NCBI GenBank assembly: GCA_050950765.1
Contig: JBMNIF010000002.1
Coordinates: 96,001 to 160,000 of the forward strand
Length of the DNA: 64,000 bases
Direction: 5' to 3'
Origin: Bdellovibrionota bacterium
Lineage (GTDB): Bacteria; Bdellovibrionota_C; UBA2361; JAAYZI01
The notes under the pieces were generated by a model. That model did no database searches. It saw only the letters and a list, made by a program, of their open reading frames with translations, and had not been told where the DNA came from. How positions within the stretch are numbered: position 1 is the first letter of the stretch; each line of letters starts with the position of its first letter. Made by a program: the position numbers and the translations under genes. Shown one piece after another: positions 1 to 10,116 of the stretch.

Positions 1-1160
1 ACGGGCTGATACTGCAAAACGAGTCAGCTAGATTTTGACGGAGGTTAAAAATTTGGTGCCACCCTTCAGAAGCTCCCCCACCTTTTAGGGACGATTAAGC
101 GGGCTGATACTAAAAAACGAAGTAGCTAGACCTAGACGGGGGTAAAAAGTGGGTGTCCTAATTGGCAGCTAATAATATCAGTATGTTAGTAAAAGCCCTG
201 CATTCGGCAGTTTTGGTGCCACCCTTCAGGGACGTTAAAAAACTGGTGCCACCCTTCTTTTTTGCCGCTTTGACGGCTTGGGCGACTGGATAAATTTGGT
301 GCCACCCTTTAGGGACCGCAGGACGGGCGCGATTGCAGAATGGGATCGGCTAGGTCTGTACGGAGGTTAAAAATTTGGTGCCACCCTTCAGAAGCTCCCC
401 CACCTTTTAGGGACGATTAAGCGGGCTGATACTAAAAAACGAAGTAGCTAGACCTAGACGGGGGTAAAAAGTGGGTGTCCTAATTGGCAGCTAATAATAT
501 CAGTATGTTAGTAAAAGCCCTGCATTCGGCAGTTTTGGTGCCACCCTTCAGGGACGATCGAACGGGCTGTGACTACAAAACGAATCGGTTAGGTTTTCAC
601 GGAGGTTAAAAATTTGGTGCCACCCTTCTTTTTTGCCGCTTTGACGGCTTAAGCGACTGGACGTGGCAGTTTTGGTGCCACCCAACAGGGACGATAGAAC
701 GGGCTAAAACTACAAGACGAAGCAGCTAGATCTCTACGGGGGTCAAAAATCTGGTGCCACCCTTCAGGGACAGCAGAGCGGGCTGTAACTACAAAACGAA
801 TCGGTTAGGTCTGTACGGAGGTTAAAAATTTGGTGCCACCCTTCAGAAGCTCCCCCACCTTTTAGGGACGATTAAGCGGGCTGATACTAAAAAACGAAGT
901 AGCTAGACCTAGACGGGGGTAAAAAGTGGGTGTCCTAATTGGCAGCTAATAATATCAGGATGTTAGCAGAAGCTTAGGATTCGACGGTTTTGGTGCCACC
1001 CTTTAGGGACGGCTGAACGGGCTGCAACTGCAAAACGAATCGGTTAGATCTGGACGGGATGAATTTACCACCACCTACTAGAGACGCTTGAGCGGGCTGA
1101 TATTAAAAAGCAAGTTGGTTAGATTTTGACGGAGGTTAAAAATTTGGTGCCACCCTTCAG
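1..1160. repeat. Mosaic repeat cluster with GGTGCCACCC core (basic unit about 79 bp; REP/BIME-like)
   Basis: 12 GGTGCCACCC cores starting at 55, 215, 245, 298, 377, 537, 616, 674, 753, 832, 992 and 1146. Spacings of 79 and 160 bp recur. A long block recurs at about 40, 362 and 818. Runs off the window start. Confidence 0.9.
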
Positions 1161-1174
1161 TGACACCACTAAGG

Positions 1175-2767
1175 TTATCTTACATTTTTAAAATATACGT
1201 GAGCTTCTTGAACATCACTTAGTCTTCTGTATCTTCCACTCCATTCAGGATCTTTCCAGCTAATCTTGCTATCAACGATCATCACATCGTAGCTATTCTT
1301 CCTTTTTTCAGGTTCCTTAGTGTGCTCATATCCCAACACACTGTAATGCCTAAGGTAATACGGAAGGGGCCAATAGCTGCCAACTCCGATCAATATGCGT
1401 GGATTCGGCACCTTCTTTCGATAATTATCAATCATCTCCACAATATCAATCATTCCTTGCGAAGTATGGGTATAAGAGTACGGATTTTTATCCCCATACG
1501 GATATTTAAAGTTATATTTCCACGTTAGAAAGATTGAAATTAAAATAGCGGGGATAATGCAAAGACTCCCAATCGCAACTCCTTTAACTTTGACAACTTG
1601 TGCCAACAACCAAGCCAAAGCTATTATCAAGGGATAGGTGATATTTATCACAAGCCACGGTGTCTTGTAGTCAACATAAGAATAGACAAGGAGCGCTGAC
1701 AAGCCCCACACCAAACAAAACCTAAAAAATGAAGTATCACCCAAAGGACACCTATCAGAAGTAGAGCTTCTGATCGTTGTAAATTTTGCAAAAACACGTC
1801 TCCCATATTTTAACAGAAATCCGATAAGGGGAATAATCACGATCAACACCAACTGGAATTCAGTCCTAGTTACAGTCTTAAGATGTATTTTTTCACCGAG
1901 ATCTAGATCAAAAAGATTCGCCATCAACTCTCGCGGCTCAGGACCGAAAAGCATCTCACAGTAATACCAAAACGATTTAAAGTGTCCGACATCACTGGTA
2001 TTACGTCCAACCCACTGCGGAACCGCTAAAAACATCTCTCGCAATCCACCCATCCAACGGAATCCGCCCGTAAAGATTAAAACTATTATAAAAGACATCA
2101 ATAAAAGAGAGGCTAAGATGTGTTGCCACTGCTGCTGCATCTTATAAAAAGACTTTCGATAACCACCTAGCGACAAAAAAGCCAAACCCACACAGAAAAG
2201 TGTTATAATAAAAGTTTCTTTTGTCGCAATAAGTAACGCCGCAGCCATCCCTATCTGATAGATAGTGCTAACCTTCCCAGAACGCCACCACCCATATAAA
2301 CTAAAAGCTAACCAAGCCCCCGCCACTAAAAATAACGTTTCGTGAATAGCGTACCGTGAATAAAAAACTAAACTACTTGAAAACGCCACTAATGTTGCTG
2401 CTAAAAGAACAAAGCACTTCCCCTCATAACGCCTTAACGGAATCAGGAGTAAGATTAAAAAGATCCCCGCTATAATTGCAGAAGAGCGCACTCCCAACTC
2501 CGAATCACCGAAAACATTGGGACCTGTTAAAAAGGTTGAGAGATAAAAATAGCTCGGACCGTGATAATTTTCATGGGAATACTTATAGTAACCTTCACTT
2601 CGGACGTCTTTAAAGAAAAAGTAATTTACACCTTCATCGTTATGCAGTGGGCGCAGATCAATATGATAAACCCTAATCGCTAACGCTGCGCAGATAATAC
2701 CCCCCAGAACGATCCAAAACAGATGCGGTTTTAGTTTATAAAAAAAATCTCTCATCGTGAAATCCAA
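1175..2767 (-). CDS. GT-C fold membrane glycosyltransferase (TIGR03663/PMT-like)
   Basis: 530 aa, multiple TM segments; RPLHNDEGVN...YHGP N-terminal loop and SRYAIHE motif typical of the family. Confidence 0.75.
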   Translation of the reverse strand: MDFTMRDFFYKLKPHLFWIVLGGIICAALAIRVYHIDLRPLHNDEGVNYFFFKDVRSEGYYKYSHENYHGPSYFYLSTFLTGPNVFGDSELGVRSSAIIAGIFLILLLIPLRRYEGKCFVLLAATLVAFSSSLVFYSRYAIHETLFLVAGAWLAFSLYGWWRSGKVSTIYQIGMAAALLIATKETFIITLFCVGLAFLSLGGYRKSFYKMQQQWQHILASLLLMSFIIVLIFTGGFRWMGGLREMFLAVPQWVGRNTSDVGHFKSFWYYCEMLFGPEPRELMANLFDLDLGEKIHLKTVTRTEFQLVLIVIIPLIGFLLKYGRRVFAKFTTIRSSTSDRCPLGDTSFFRFCLVWGLSALLVYSYVDYKTPWLVINITYPLIIALAWLLAQVVKVKGVAIGSLCIIPAILISIFLTWKYNFKYPYGDKNPYSYTHTSQGMIDIVEMIDNYRKKVPNPRILIGVGSYWPLPYYLRHYSVLGYEHTKEPEKRKNSYDVMIVDSKISWKDPEWSGRYRRLSDVQEAHVYFKNVR

Positions 2768-3045
2768 AACAAGTTAACCGCCACAGATGGTAACTGTTGA
2801 AGCATCATTCAGACAAGAGATTCTTTTCCGATCAGAATGGAACGGGGAGTATTGATCACTTACATTTTTATTAAGTAATATCGGCAAAAAAAAGACACCT
2901 AAACCTAACTTCTGAACTTAGACAATCCCCCTTCTTAATATTTCAAAAAGGTAAGTTTTTATAATGGAGAAGTTTACTCGGAGGTCAGGCACCTAAATAA
3001 AGATACCTCTACTTATAAAAACTAAATACTTATAAAAGCCAAAAG

Positions 3046-3780
3046 TTAAAAAACGCCATTCAATAACTGCGCCGCCTCACTACACAAGAACCACGTCACA
3101 CGATCATTTGCACCTTTATATAACGTTGCAGGAAGCTCTTGGGCTGTGTCTTCACCACTTAAAACTCGTTGCACGATTTCGGCTTTATCCCGTCCTTTAA
3201 CTAAAATTAAGATACGTCTACCGTTAAATAAGACGTGCGGTGTTAATGTGATTCGGTCGATACCTTCATGCTCCACAGCACACGCAATAGATTCTCGATC
3301 ATGCACAACGGTTGAATCAGGAAACGCCGACGCAATATGTCCATCCGATCCAACGCCGAGTAAAACAACATCAAAAACCGGCGTATCACCATCTTTCAAC
3401 TGAAAAAAATCTTTAATGTCTTGCGTATATGTAGCAGCTGCCGCTTGTGGATTCGCTACCGTTGTATCTATACGGTGTATATTGGCTTCCGGACACCTTT
3501 TATGAACCAACAACGTTTCACTCACCATCCTGAAATTTGTATTATCCCACTTATCATCACCGATAAATAGATGTACTTTATCCCACGGAATATCCTGCTC
3601 ATGCGGTGGTCGTGCTAACAATCGATAAACTGCACTCGGAGTACTCCCCCCAGAAAGCACTAAAGAACATTGACCGCGCTCCTCAACACTTTCAAGAATC
3701 GAAGCAACTATTTCATCAGCAACTACACCGGCAAAGGTACCAGGCTCTACAGTTTCTATTTTAGCATTAGCATTTGCCAT
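3046..3780 (-). CDS. pgl: 6-phosphogluconolactonase
   Basis: LSGGSTP, LLGVGSDGHIAS, RITLT motifs. Confidence 0.9.
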   Translation of the reverse strand: MANANAKIETVEPGTFAGVVADEIVASILESVEERGQCSLVLSGGSTPSAVYRLLARPPHEQDIPWDKVHLFIGDDKWDNTNFRMVSETLLVHKRCPEANIHRIDTTVANPQAAAATYTQDIKDFFQLKDGDTPVFDVVLLGVGSDGHIASAFPDSTVVHDRESIACAVEHEGIDRITLTPHVLFNGRRILILVKGRDKAEIVQRVLSGEDTAQELPATLYKGANDRVTWFLCSEAAQLLNGVF

Positions 3781-3919
3781 CGTAACAATTCCAAAAATGA
3801 TCCAACACCAAAAGTGACAGATACCGCGTACTTCCCTACTTCTAGATAACTATACCTAATATACTTTTTATTTGATAGACTTATTTATTTTGTCATCATT
3901 ATAACTGATATGCAGCTAA

Positions 3920-4738
3920 CTATTTATTTTCAGAAGATATTTTCGGAACATCAGTCGATCCTGGATATGTAAAAATCCCACGTTTTCTATTCCGATAATA
4001 TTTATACGTCGTAGTAATGCAGTGCCAAGCGTACGCCATCCCATTTACATGGCATATTTCATCGCCATAATAGGTCGGGATCGGTTTTTCAACTATGCGC
4101 ATCCCCCGCTCTGCTAAAGCCAAAATAATCTGCGTATCAAAATGCCAAGTATTGGTAAAAGACTGGAATGGGATCTTCTTCAAAGCTGCGGTGCTATAAA
4201 GACGGTAGCCAGAATGATATTCAGAGAGCTTCTGCCCCGAAAACTTATTTTGTATCCCCGTTAAGATCTTATTCCCAACATATTTATAAAGCGGCATGCC
4301 TCCTGATAAAGCCCTATTTGGAACAGACATACGAGATCCAAAAACCATATCAGCTTCATCATCAATCAACGGCTGCAAGAGATCCCCTAAAATTTCAGGG
4401 GCATACTGTCCATCTCCATGTAATAAAGCAACGATATCAAAACCTTTATCGATCGCATATTGGTATCCAACTTTCTGATTGCCGCCATACCCTTGATTCT
4501 TTTCATTTACATGAACCGTCAGTTTTTCAATATTCTTTTCGTGCTTGTATCCCAACGCTGCATAGTAAGAGTTATCAGTGCTGCAATCATCAATCACAAA
4601 GATCTCTTCTACCTTATCATAAACATCAGCGGGAATACGCTCTATGGTTTTGGTCAGAAGATTAACAGCGTTATAATTTATAACGAAAATACCGATGCGC
4701 GGGGTTGCTTTTTTTACTGTTCCTTCAACATTACTCAT
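3920..4738 (-). CDS. GT2 glycosyltransferase, polyprenol-phosphate sugar synthase (DPM1-like)
   Basis: IDDCSTD, NQGYGGNQKVGY, HGDGQY, GSR, HSGYR, PIPTYYGDE motifs. Confidence 0.85.
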   Translation of the reverse strand: MSNVEGTVKKATPRIGIFVINYNAVNLLTKTIERIPADVYDKVEEIFVIDDCSTDNSYYAALGYKHEKNIEKLTVHVNEKNQGYGGNQKVGYQYAIDKGFDIVALLHGDGQYAPEILGDLLQPLIDDEADMVFGSRMSVPNRALSGGMPLYKYVGNKILTGIQNKFSGQKLSEYHSGYRLYSTAALKKIPFQSFTNTWHFDTQIILALAERGMRIVEKPIPTYYGDEICHVNGMAYAWHCITTTYKYYRNRKRGIFTYPGSTDVPKISSENK

Positions 4739-6135
4739 AAGACTCTCCTAATTTTTGCCAGCAGATCATAACCCGCGGCAGCAGTAATTTCAACACTAAC
4801 GAACGATCCTGCACGAACTTTCGTTATATCAATCTCAGAATCGTTAATAATAACTGATCCATCGACCTCAGGCGCTTGAAAACGTGTCCGCCCGACAAGT
4901 AATAGATCAGTCTCCTCATGCGTGCCATCAATTAAAACATCGAATTCTTTACCTATCAAGTCAGCATACTTACGTTTTAACACTTTCTGCTGGGCTAACA
5001 TAAGCCGTTTTCTGCGTGCTGTCTTGATCTTTTTAGGCACTTGATCAGAAAACTTCGCAGCAGGCACCCCTTCTTCTGCAGAAAATGCAAACACCCCCAC
5101 ACTGTCAAAATGTCCTTCACTAACGAATTCCTCCAACTCTGCAAAATCACTCTCTGTTTCTCCTGGAAAACCAACAATAAACGTTGTTCTAAGGTGAATT
5201 TGCGGATATTTCGCTCTGACCCATTCAACCAGTTTGCGTGGGGCGTACTTCCCGACAGGTCTATTCATATGCTTAAGTACACTTTCACTGGCGTGTTGTA
5301 AAGGCACATCAAAATATTCGCAAATTGATGGCAAGCCAGCTACAACATCCAACAACTCTTCAGTAACTCCGACAGGATACGCATAAAGTAAGCGCACCCA
5401 CGGCACAGATCCGCCAGCATCAATCTTACGCAACAGCTCCGCCAATGAAATTTCGTTATTATCCACCCCATAGGCAGTTAAATCCTGCCCAATTAAATTA
5501 ATCTCTTTTACACCCTGCGCTCCCAACGCTTCAATTTCAGAGAGTAACGAACTTGAAGATCGGCTCCTAATCGTCCCCTTAATGGCAGGTATCATACAAA
5601 AAGCACACGGTCTGTTGCAGCCATCAGCGATCTTTACATAAGCCGTATGATTACCAGATGAAAGGATTCTCGGCATAGTGTGGTCATATAAAAAAGGTGC
5701 TTCTGCTTTTTCATAACTTAACCCCGCTAAAACCTCCGGCAATTTTAAAACTTCATCAGTAGAGAGAAAGGCATCCGCTTCCGGAAGTAACTCCTGTAAT
5801 TTTTCAGCTCCGTAACGGGAAACCATACACCCTGCTACAACAAGTTTTTTTAATCTCCCTTCCTGCTTAAAATCAGCAGCATCCAAAACCGCATCGATGC
5901 TCTCTTTAATGGCATCTTCCAAAAAACCGCAGGTATTAACCACGATATAATCAGCCTTTGAGGGGTCTGAAACACCTTCATAACCAGCATTAACAACACA
6001 ACCTAGAAAGACTTCTGAATCAACCTGATTCTTAGCACACCCCAACGTTACGCAAGCAACTTTCCCGCGACTTTTTCCTGAGGACGGCTTAACATTAAAA
6101 GCGATCGGATTTTCTGATACTATATTTAAAGACAT
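4735..6135 (-). CDS. rimO: Ribosomal protein S12 methylthiotransferase RimO
   Basis: LGCAKNQVDSE, NTCGF, radical SAM CNRPCAFC, C-terminal QAPEVDG TRAM domain. Confidence 0.95.
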   Translation of the reverse strand: MSLNIVSENPIAFNVKPSSGKSRGKVACVTLGCAKNQVDSEVFLGCVVNAGYEGVSDPSKADYIVVNTCGFLEDAIKESIDAVLDAADFKQEGRLKKLVVAGCMVSRYGAEKLQELLPEADAFLSTDEVLKLPEVLAGLSYEKAEAPFLYDHTMPRILSSGNHTAYVKIADGCNRPCAFCMIPAIKGTIRSRSSSSLLSEIEALGAQGVKEINLIGQDLTAYGVDNNEISLAELLRKIDAGGSVPWVRLLYAYPVGVTEELLDVVAGLPSICEYFDVPLQHASESVLKHMNRPVGKYAPRKLVEWVRAKYPQIHLRTTFIVGFPGETESDFAELEEFVSEGHFDSVGVFAFSAEEGVPAAKFSDQVPKKIKTARRKRLMLAQQKVLKRKYADLIGKEFDVLIDGTHEETDLLLVGRTRFQAPEVDGSVIINDSEIDITKVRAGSFVSVEITAAAGYDLLAKIRRVL

Positions 6136-6216
6136 AAGAAGCCTTCTATTTATAAACTACACTCTACTCTCGAATACTATTACAAGGTGACAGAACAAGC
6201 AAAGAGTGGTGTTAAA

Positions 6217-7248
6217 TTACTCCACTATAACGCGCCTACCTTTTTGAAAAATCGTCGCATAAGCGCCATCCAACTTCCACTTAAAAGAGTGCATAGAATC
6301 TCCATACCCGATCGGCATACGGGGTAACGCCGTTAACGCCGTTAAATGCTCCTTATGAACGTGCCCCAACCTAGTAGTACAAGCTAAATTAAAGCCTGCT
6401 GCCTCTACGGCTTTAAACTCTCTTTGCGTAGCGTGTGCACGGTTTCCAAAAGGGTATGAAAAATACTTTAAAGTTTTACCTATTTTATCTTCCAGAAAGG
6501 TCTTCGCCTGAGATATCTCTTTTTCCAACTCTGCATCAGAACAGAGCGAGAGGTTCTGATGGGTCTCTGTATGCGCCCCCACCGTAATTAAGGGAGAGCT
6601 TGAAAGTTTCTTGACCTCCTCCCATGTCAACGGCTTAGCCTCACTCGCCGCCATTTCAGGCATCTCTTCTGCAAGAATTTTAAGTATCTCCAAGCGCTCT
6701 TTGGGGGTTGATCCCTTGATCATGGAATTTAATTTATTATAAGCAAGGTGTTTCTCATGAATTGAAGCTAAAGGAAATTTATAATCTATCCCCTGCCTAA
6801 AAAATTGTAGCTCGTTAGCAACTTTTATACGTCCTTCCACCTCATACCACCACATCAACCTCTGCTGCTCAACGGATGAAATAGTTAAAAAAATCGTTGC
6901 AGGGATACGATATTTTTCAAGTAACGGAAGCATCAACTCCAAGTTATCACGATAGCCATCATCAAAGGTAATTAAAACTGCATTTTCAGGAACCCTTCTT
7001 TCTAAAAAAGAGTGATAAAAATCATCCATTGCAAGGCAATTATAATTTTCCGCTAAAAACTTAAGTTGATCCTCAAAATTATCAACAGAAACCGCCAAAG
7101 GAAGATTAGGACAGAACTCCCCCTCTCTCGGTTTAAAATCCGTCAACCTATGATACATCAAAATGGTCGCTTCACCTCGATAGTACCGTCTAATCCTCAA
7201 CGGGACAGCAGAGAATACCCCCCTTTTCACAATACTTTTTAGGCTCAC
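6217..7248 (-). CDS. Polysaccharide deacetylase (CE4)
   Basis: ILMYHR, ITFDDGYRDN, GAHTETH, FSYPFG motifs. Confidence 0.9.
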   Translation of the reverse strand: MSLKSIVKRGVFSAVPLRIRRYYRGEATILMYHRLTDFKPREGEFCPNLPLAVSVDNFEDQLKFLAENYNCLAMDDFYHSFLERRVPENAVLITFDDGYRDNLELMLPLLEKYRIPATIFLTISSVEQQRLMWWYEVEGRIKVANELQFFRQGIDYKFPLASIHEKHLAYNKLNSMIKGSTPKERLEILKILAEEMPEMAASEAKPLTWEEVKKLSSSPLITVGAHTETHQNLSLCSDAELEKEISQAKTFLEDKIGKTLKYFSYPFGNRAHATQREFKAVEAAGFNLACTTRLGHVHKEHLTALTALPRMPIGYGDSMHSFKWKLDGAYATIFQKGRRVIVE

Positions 7249-7261
7249 AATTATTTATCCC

Positions 7262-8533
7262 CTACTTTTTTTGAAGCTCTTCTAAAAAAATACAAAACTT
7301 ATCAGCTGCACGGTGCAGATCAAACCTCTCACGCAATTTATAAAAAGCACATTCACCGATCTTTACTACATCACCACAATTAAAGCTAAGCAAAAACTCA
7401 ACCCACTCCTCTCTACTCTCTACACAACAGAAGCTCTCTTTATCTTTCAGATCTAAACCTGCCGCCACCCCCAAAGCCGTCCCGATACAGGCGCGTCCGT
7501 AACTCGCTGCCTCAATCACTTTAACACGAGTACCTGAACCGTAAAAAACGGGCACAATCACACCACAACTCTCTTCATATAAAACGGTGAGATCGTCAAC
7601 TCTTCCAAGAAAATCAATCTCAGGTAGATATGAAAACCGTTTTAACCAAGCGCCATCTCCACTACCAACTATCTTTAAATGCAAATCAGTACGCTCTTCT
7701 GAAACTTCTCCCCAAACATTTTCAAGAAACCAACTTAACCCTTCCTTATTAGGTAACCAATCAAGCCGTCCCACAAAGAGTAAATTAACCTTAGCTTTAT
7801 AAGTAAAGGGGAGGATCTTGGAGAAATTACGTCCGATCGGCACAACTACACTTCGTGAACACGGTGCGATCTTTTTAAAAGATGAGATATCTTCTGCACT
7901 AACAGCCGCAACACCATCAAAACACTCCAGAACACTTCTTTCAAAACGTTTCACAAGTAACGCCTGAAAAAAGAGAAAAGCTTTCAAGAGAGGATTTTTT
8001 TCCTGTTTAAATCTCTGTATCCAGAGATCGCTTTCACAATTTTGTGCTCGATAAATCAAACGGATATCTTCCTTTAAATATCTGCGATAACCCCCATTTT
8101 TTATGGAATATGCGGCTGCGTGTAAACCCTCATGCACAATAGTATTCCAAGAGAAGTTCTGATCCTGCATTGAAGATTCAATTTTTTCAGGAAGGTTACC
8201 CTCGTTTAAAAGCACCTTTGTAGAAAGTGAGATATCTGGTGCACCATATTTTGCAAAAGTAATCGGCAAAAAAGGAGTTTTTAAAAATGTCTTTAAAAGT
8301 GCACGTTTTGAGGGCAAAGTAGCCTCTCGTCTTATCACAAAAATATTGCGTAGACCTAATTTATCTCTAGCTTCTTCAAGATCTATTTTTTCATCAGATC
8401 CTGCAAAAGCCAAGAGATCCACAACCACATTTTTTTTCGTCACCCCTTCTAGTAAAGCGCAAGTAGCCACACGGGAGCCGTCCTGCATCGGTAAAGGCCA
8501 TTTTGGAACTATCCATAATATTCTATCTTGCAT
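7262..8533 (-). CDS. GT4 glycosyltransferase
   Basis: FVGRLDWLPNKEGL, GSGTRVKVIEA motifs. Confidence 0.85.
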   Translation of the reverse strand: MQDRILWIVPKWPLPMQDGSRVATCALLEGVTKKNVVVDLLAFAGSDEKIDLEEARDKLGLRNIFVIRREATLPSKRALLKTFLKTPFLPITFAKYGAPDISLSTKVLLNEGNLPEKIESSMQDQNFSWNTIVHEGLHAAAYSIKNGGYRRYLKEDIRLIYRAQNCESDLWIQRFKQEKNPLLKAFLFFQALLVKRFERSVLECFDGVAAVSAEDISSFKKIAPCSRSVVVPIGRNFSKILPFTYKAKVNLLFVGRLDWLPNKEGLSWFLENVWGEVSEERTDLHLKIVGSGDGAWLKRFSYLPEIDFLGRVDDLTVLYEESCGVIVPVFYGSGTRVKVIEAASYGRACIGTALGVAAGLDLKDKESFCCVESREEWVEFLLSFNCGDVVKIGECAFYKLRERFDLHRAADKFCIFLEELQKK

Positions 8534-8576
8534 CTTTTTAAGAATTTATAAATCAACAATACGCTTTTAATTTATC

Positions 8577-10037
8577 TCAAAAAGCCATCCTACGCCTTCT
8601 CTGTTTAGGACGATACTTCACACCTTGAGCCTCCGAAATAGAGAAAATTCTATACCCCACTAAAACTAAAGCAAATAAGATATACGGCAAGAAGAGATAG
8701 GTATGAGATAAAAAGCTCATCATAATTCCATAACCAACCATAGCTAAAAAGAACGCTGCTCGAGCGTGACGCATCCTCCACGCCTTTCCTAGTACGGAGA
8801 AGAAGAACGCTAAAAAGAGCACCAAACCTGGTAAACCTGCCTCTGCCATAACTAAAACCCAACTGGAATGAGCAGTTCTCTCTCCGTATTCACTAAAGTC
8901 AGAGGTGAACTCTTCGTAACGCTTCGGATAATTACCCAACCCCACTCCCCAGACAGGATTAGACTTTAACATCTTCAAACCGGTAATCGCATAATTGATC
9001 CTAGAAAAACTTGAACCCCTCAGATCTGATGCTGAACGAGATGTCATCATCAAAGTAAGGAGCAACACTACAACTAGCACCCCTCCTAAGATAAGACGTG
9101 TTAACGTTATCCTATAAGTGATTAAGAAATGAACTCCCACCATCGCTGCTAAAGCCAACTTGGCAGAACGAGAATCAGCTAAAATAATCCCGTAAAGAAG
9201 GAAGATCAACGTCACCAGAATCGGTATCCACGTATAGGTAAACCTTTTTTGTAACGGGAAGAAGAGAAAAGGTAACACCATCACAATAGTTGCTGCTAAA
9301 TCATTAGCATTTCCGAAGAGCTTGCCACCCATTAAACGCTCTCCCGTTAAAAGCGCCTTCGTATAAACTTCAGCAGAGATGACCATCCCCAGCACCGCGA
9401 TAATCAGCGACACCTCGACTAGCCTTAAGTCTGAACGATCGTGTACGGAGTTGAAGATTAAGAAGAACAGTACAAATATGGGGATAAATCTCTCAAGAAA
9501 AAATCGAGTTCCTTCCTGAACGCCGCCTCCTAAAATAGCAGCGATAAACGCCCACCCTAAAAAGAGCATAAACAGTAGACAAGATCCGTTCCATATAATT
9601 TTAAATTTACCAACCCTAAAGTTGAAAATTAACCACGACACAAAACAGAGCGCAGCTAAGCCCTTAGGTAAAATTGTTATGATTGCCGTATCAGGCAGAT
9701 ACTCCCACGGTCTTAAAATAAGATTTAATAAGAAAAAAGAGACAGAGATAACGGGATGAACCAAAGAAACAACCACCCCACAACCTAAACTCATCGCTAA
9801 GATTAACTTATCAAAACTCCCTACTTTCATCAGCACGATAAAAGCCACACAAGATACGATCGTTAAAAGCGATAAAAAAACGAAGGGTACCGTTCGGAAT
9901 CTCCCCCATTTATGAGAAACTACAATCCGTTCCCATATAAAAAAATAAAAATTGCAGACCCCCAACAACATAAAAAGCGCCATCAAAAGCACTCCCCACG
10001 GAGCATCTACCATACTGAGATTCTGCACGTCTTCCAT
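8577..10037 (-). CDS. O-antigen ligase/Wzy-type polysaccharide polymerase
   Basis: Many TM segments; GNANDLA, SR, NPVWGVGLG, TAHSSW motifs (Wzy_C-like). Confidence 0.85.
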   Translation of the reverse strand: MEDVQNLSMVDAPWGVLLMALFMLLGVCNFYFFIWERIVVSHKWGRFRTVPFVFLSLLTIVSCVAFIVLMKVGSFDKLILAMSLGCGVVVSLVHPVISVSFFLLNLILRPWEYLPDTAIITILPKGLAALCFVSWLIFNFRVGKFKIIWNGSCLLFMLFLGWAFIAAILGGGVQEGTRFFLERFIPIFVLFFLIFNSVHDRSDLRLVEVSLIIAVLGMVISAEVYTKALLTGERLMGGKLFGNANDLAATIVMVLPFLFFPLQKRFTYTWIPILVTLIFLLYGIILADSRSAKLALAAMVGVHFLITYRITLTRLILGGVLVVVLLLTLMMTSRSASDLRGSSFSRINYAITGLKMLKSNPVWGVGLGNYPKRYEEFTSDFSEYGERTAHSSWVLVMAEAGLPGLVLFLAFFFSVLGKAWRMRHARAAFFLAMVGYGIMMSFLSHTYLFLPYILFALVLVGYRIFSISEAQGVKYRPKQRRRRMAF

Positions 10038-10116
10038 TACTTTAACTATCTTTTGTATTCGAGATATTCAATAATTTATTTCAACAACTACTTCTGAAGA
10101 ACAGGAGTCAATGCTC

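Noticed and set aside
1..1160. GGTGCCACCC array as a CRISPR array
   Set aside because: The core is too short, spacing is irregular (30-160 bp) and the intervening sequences are reused homologous modules.
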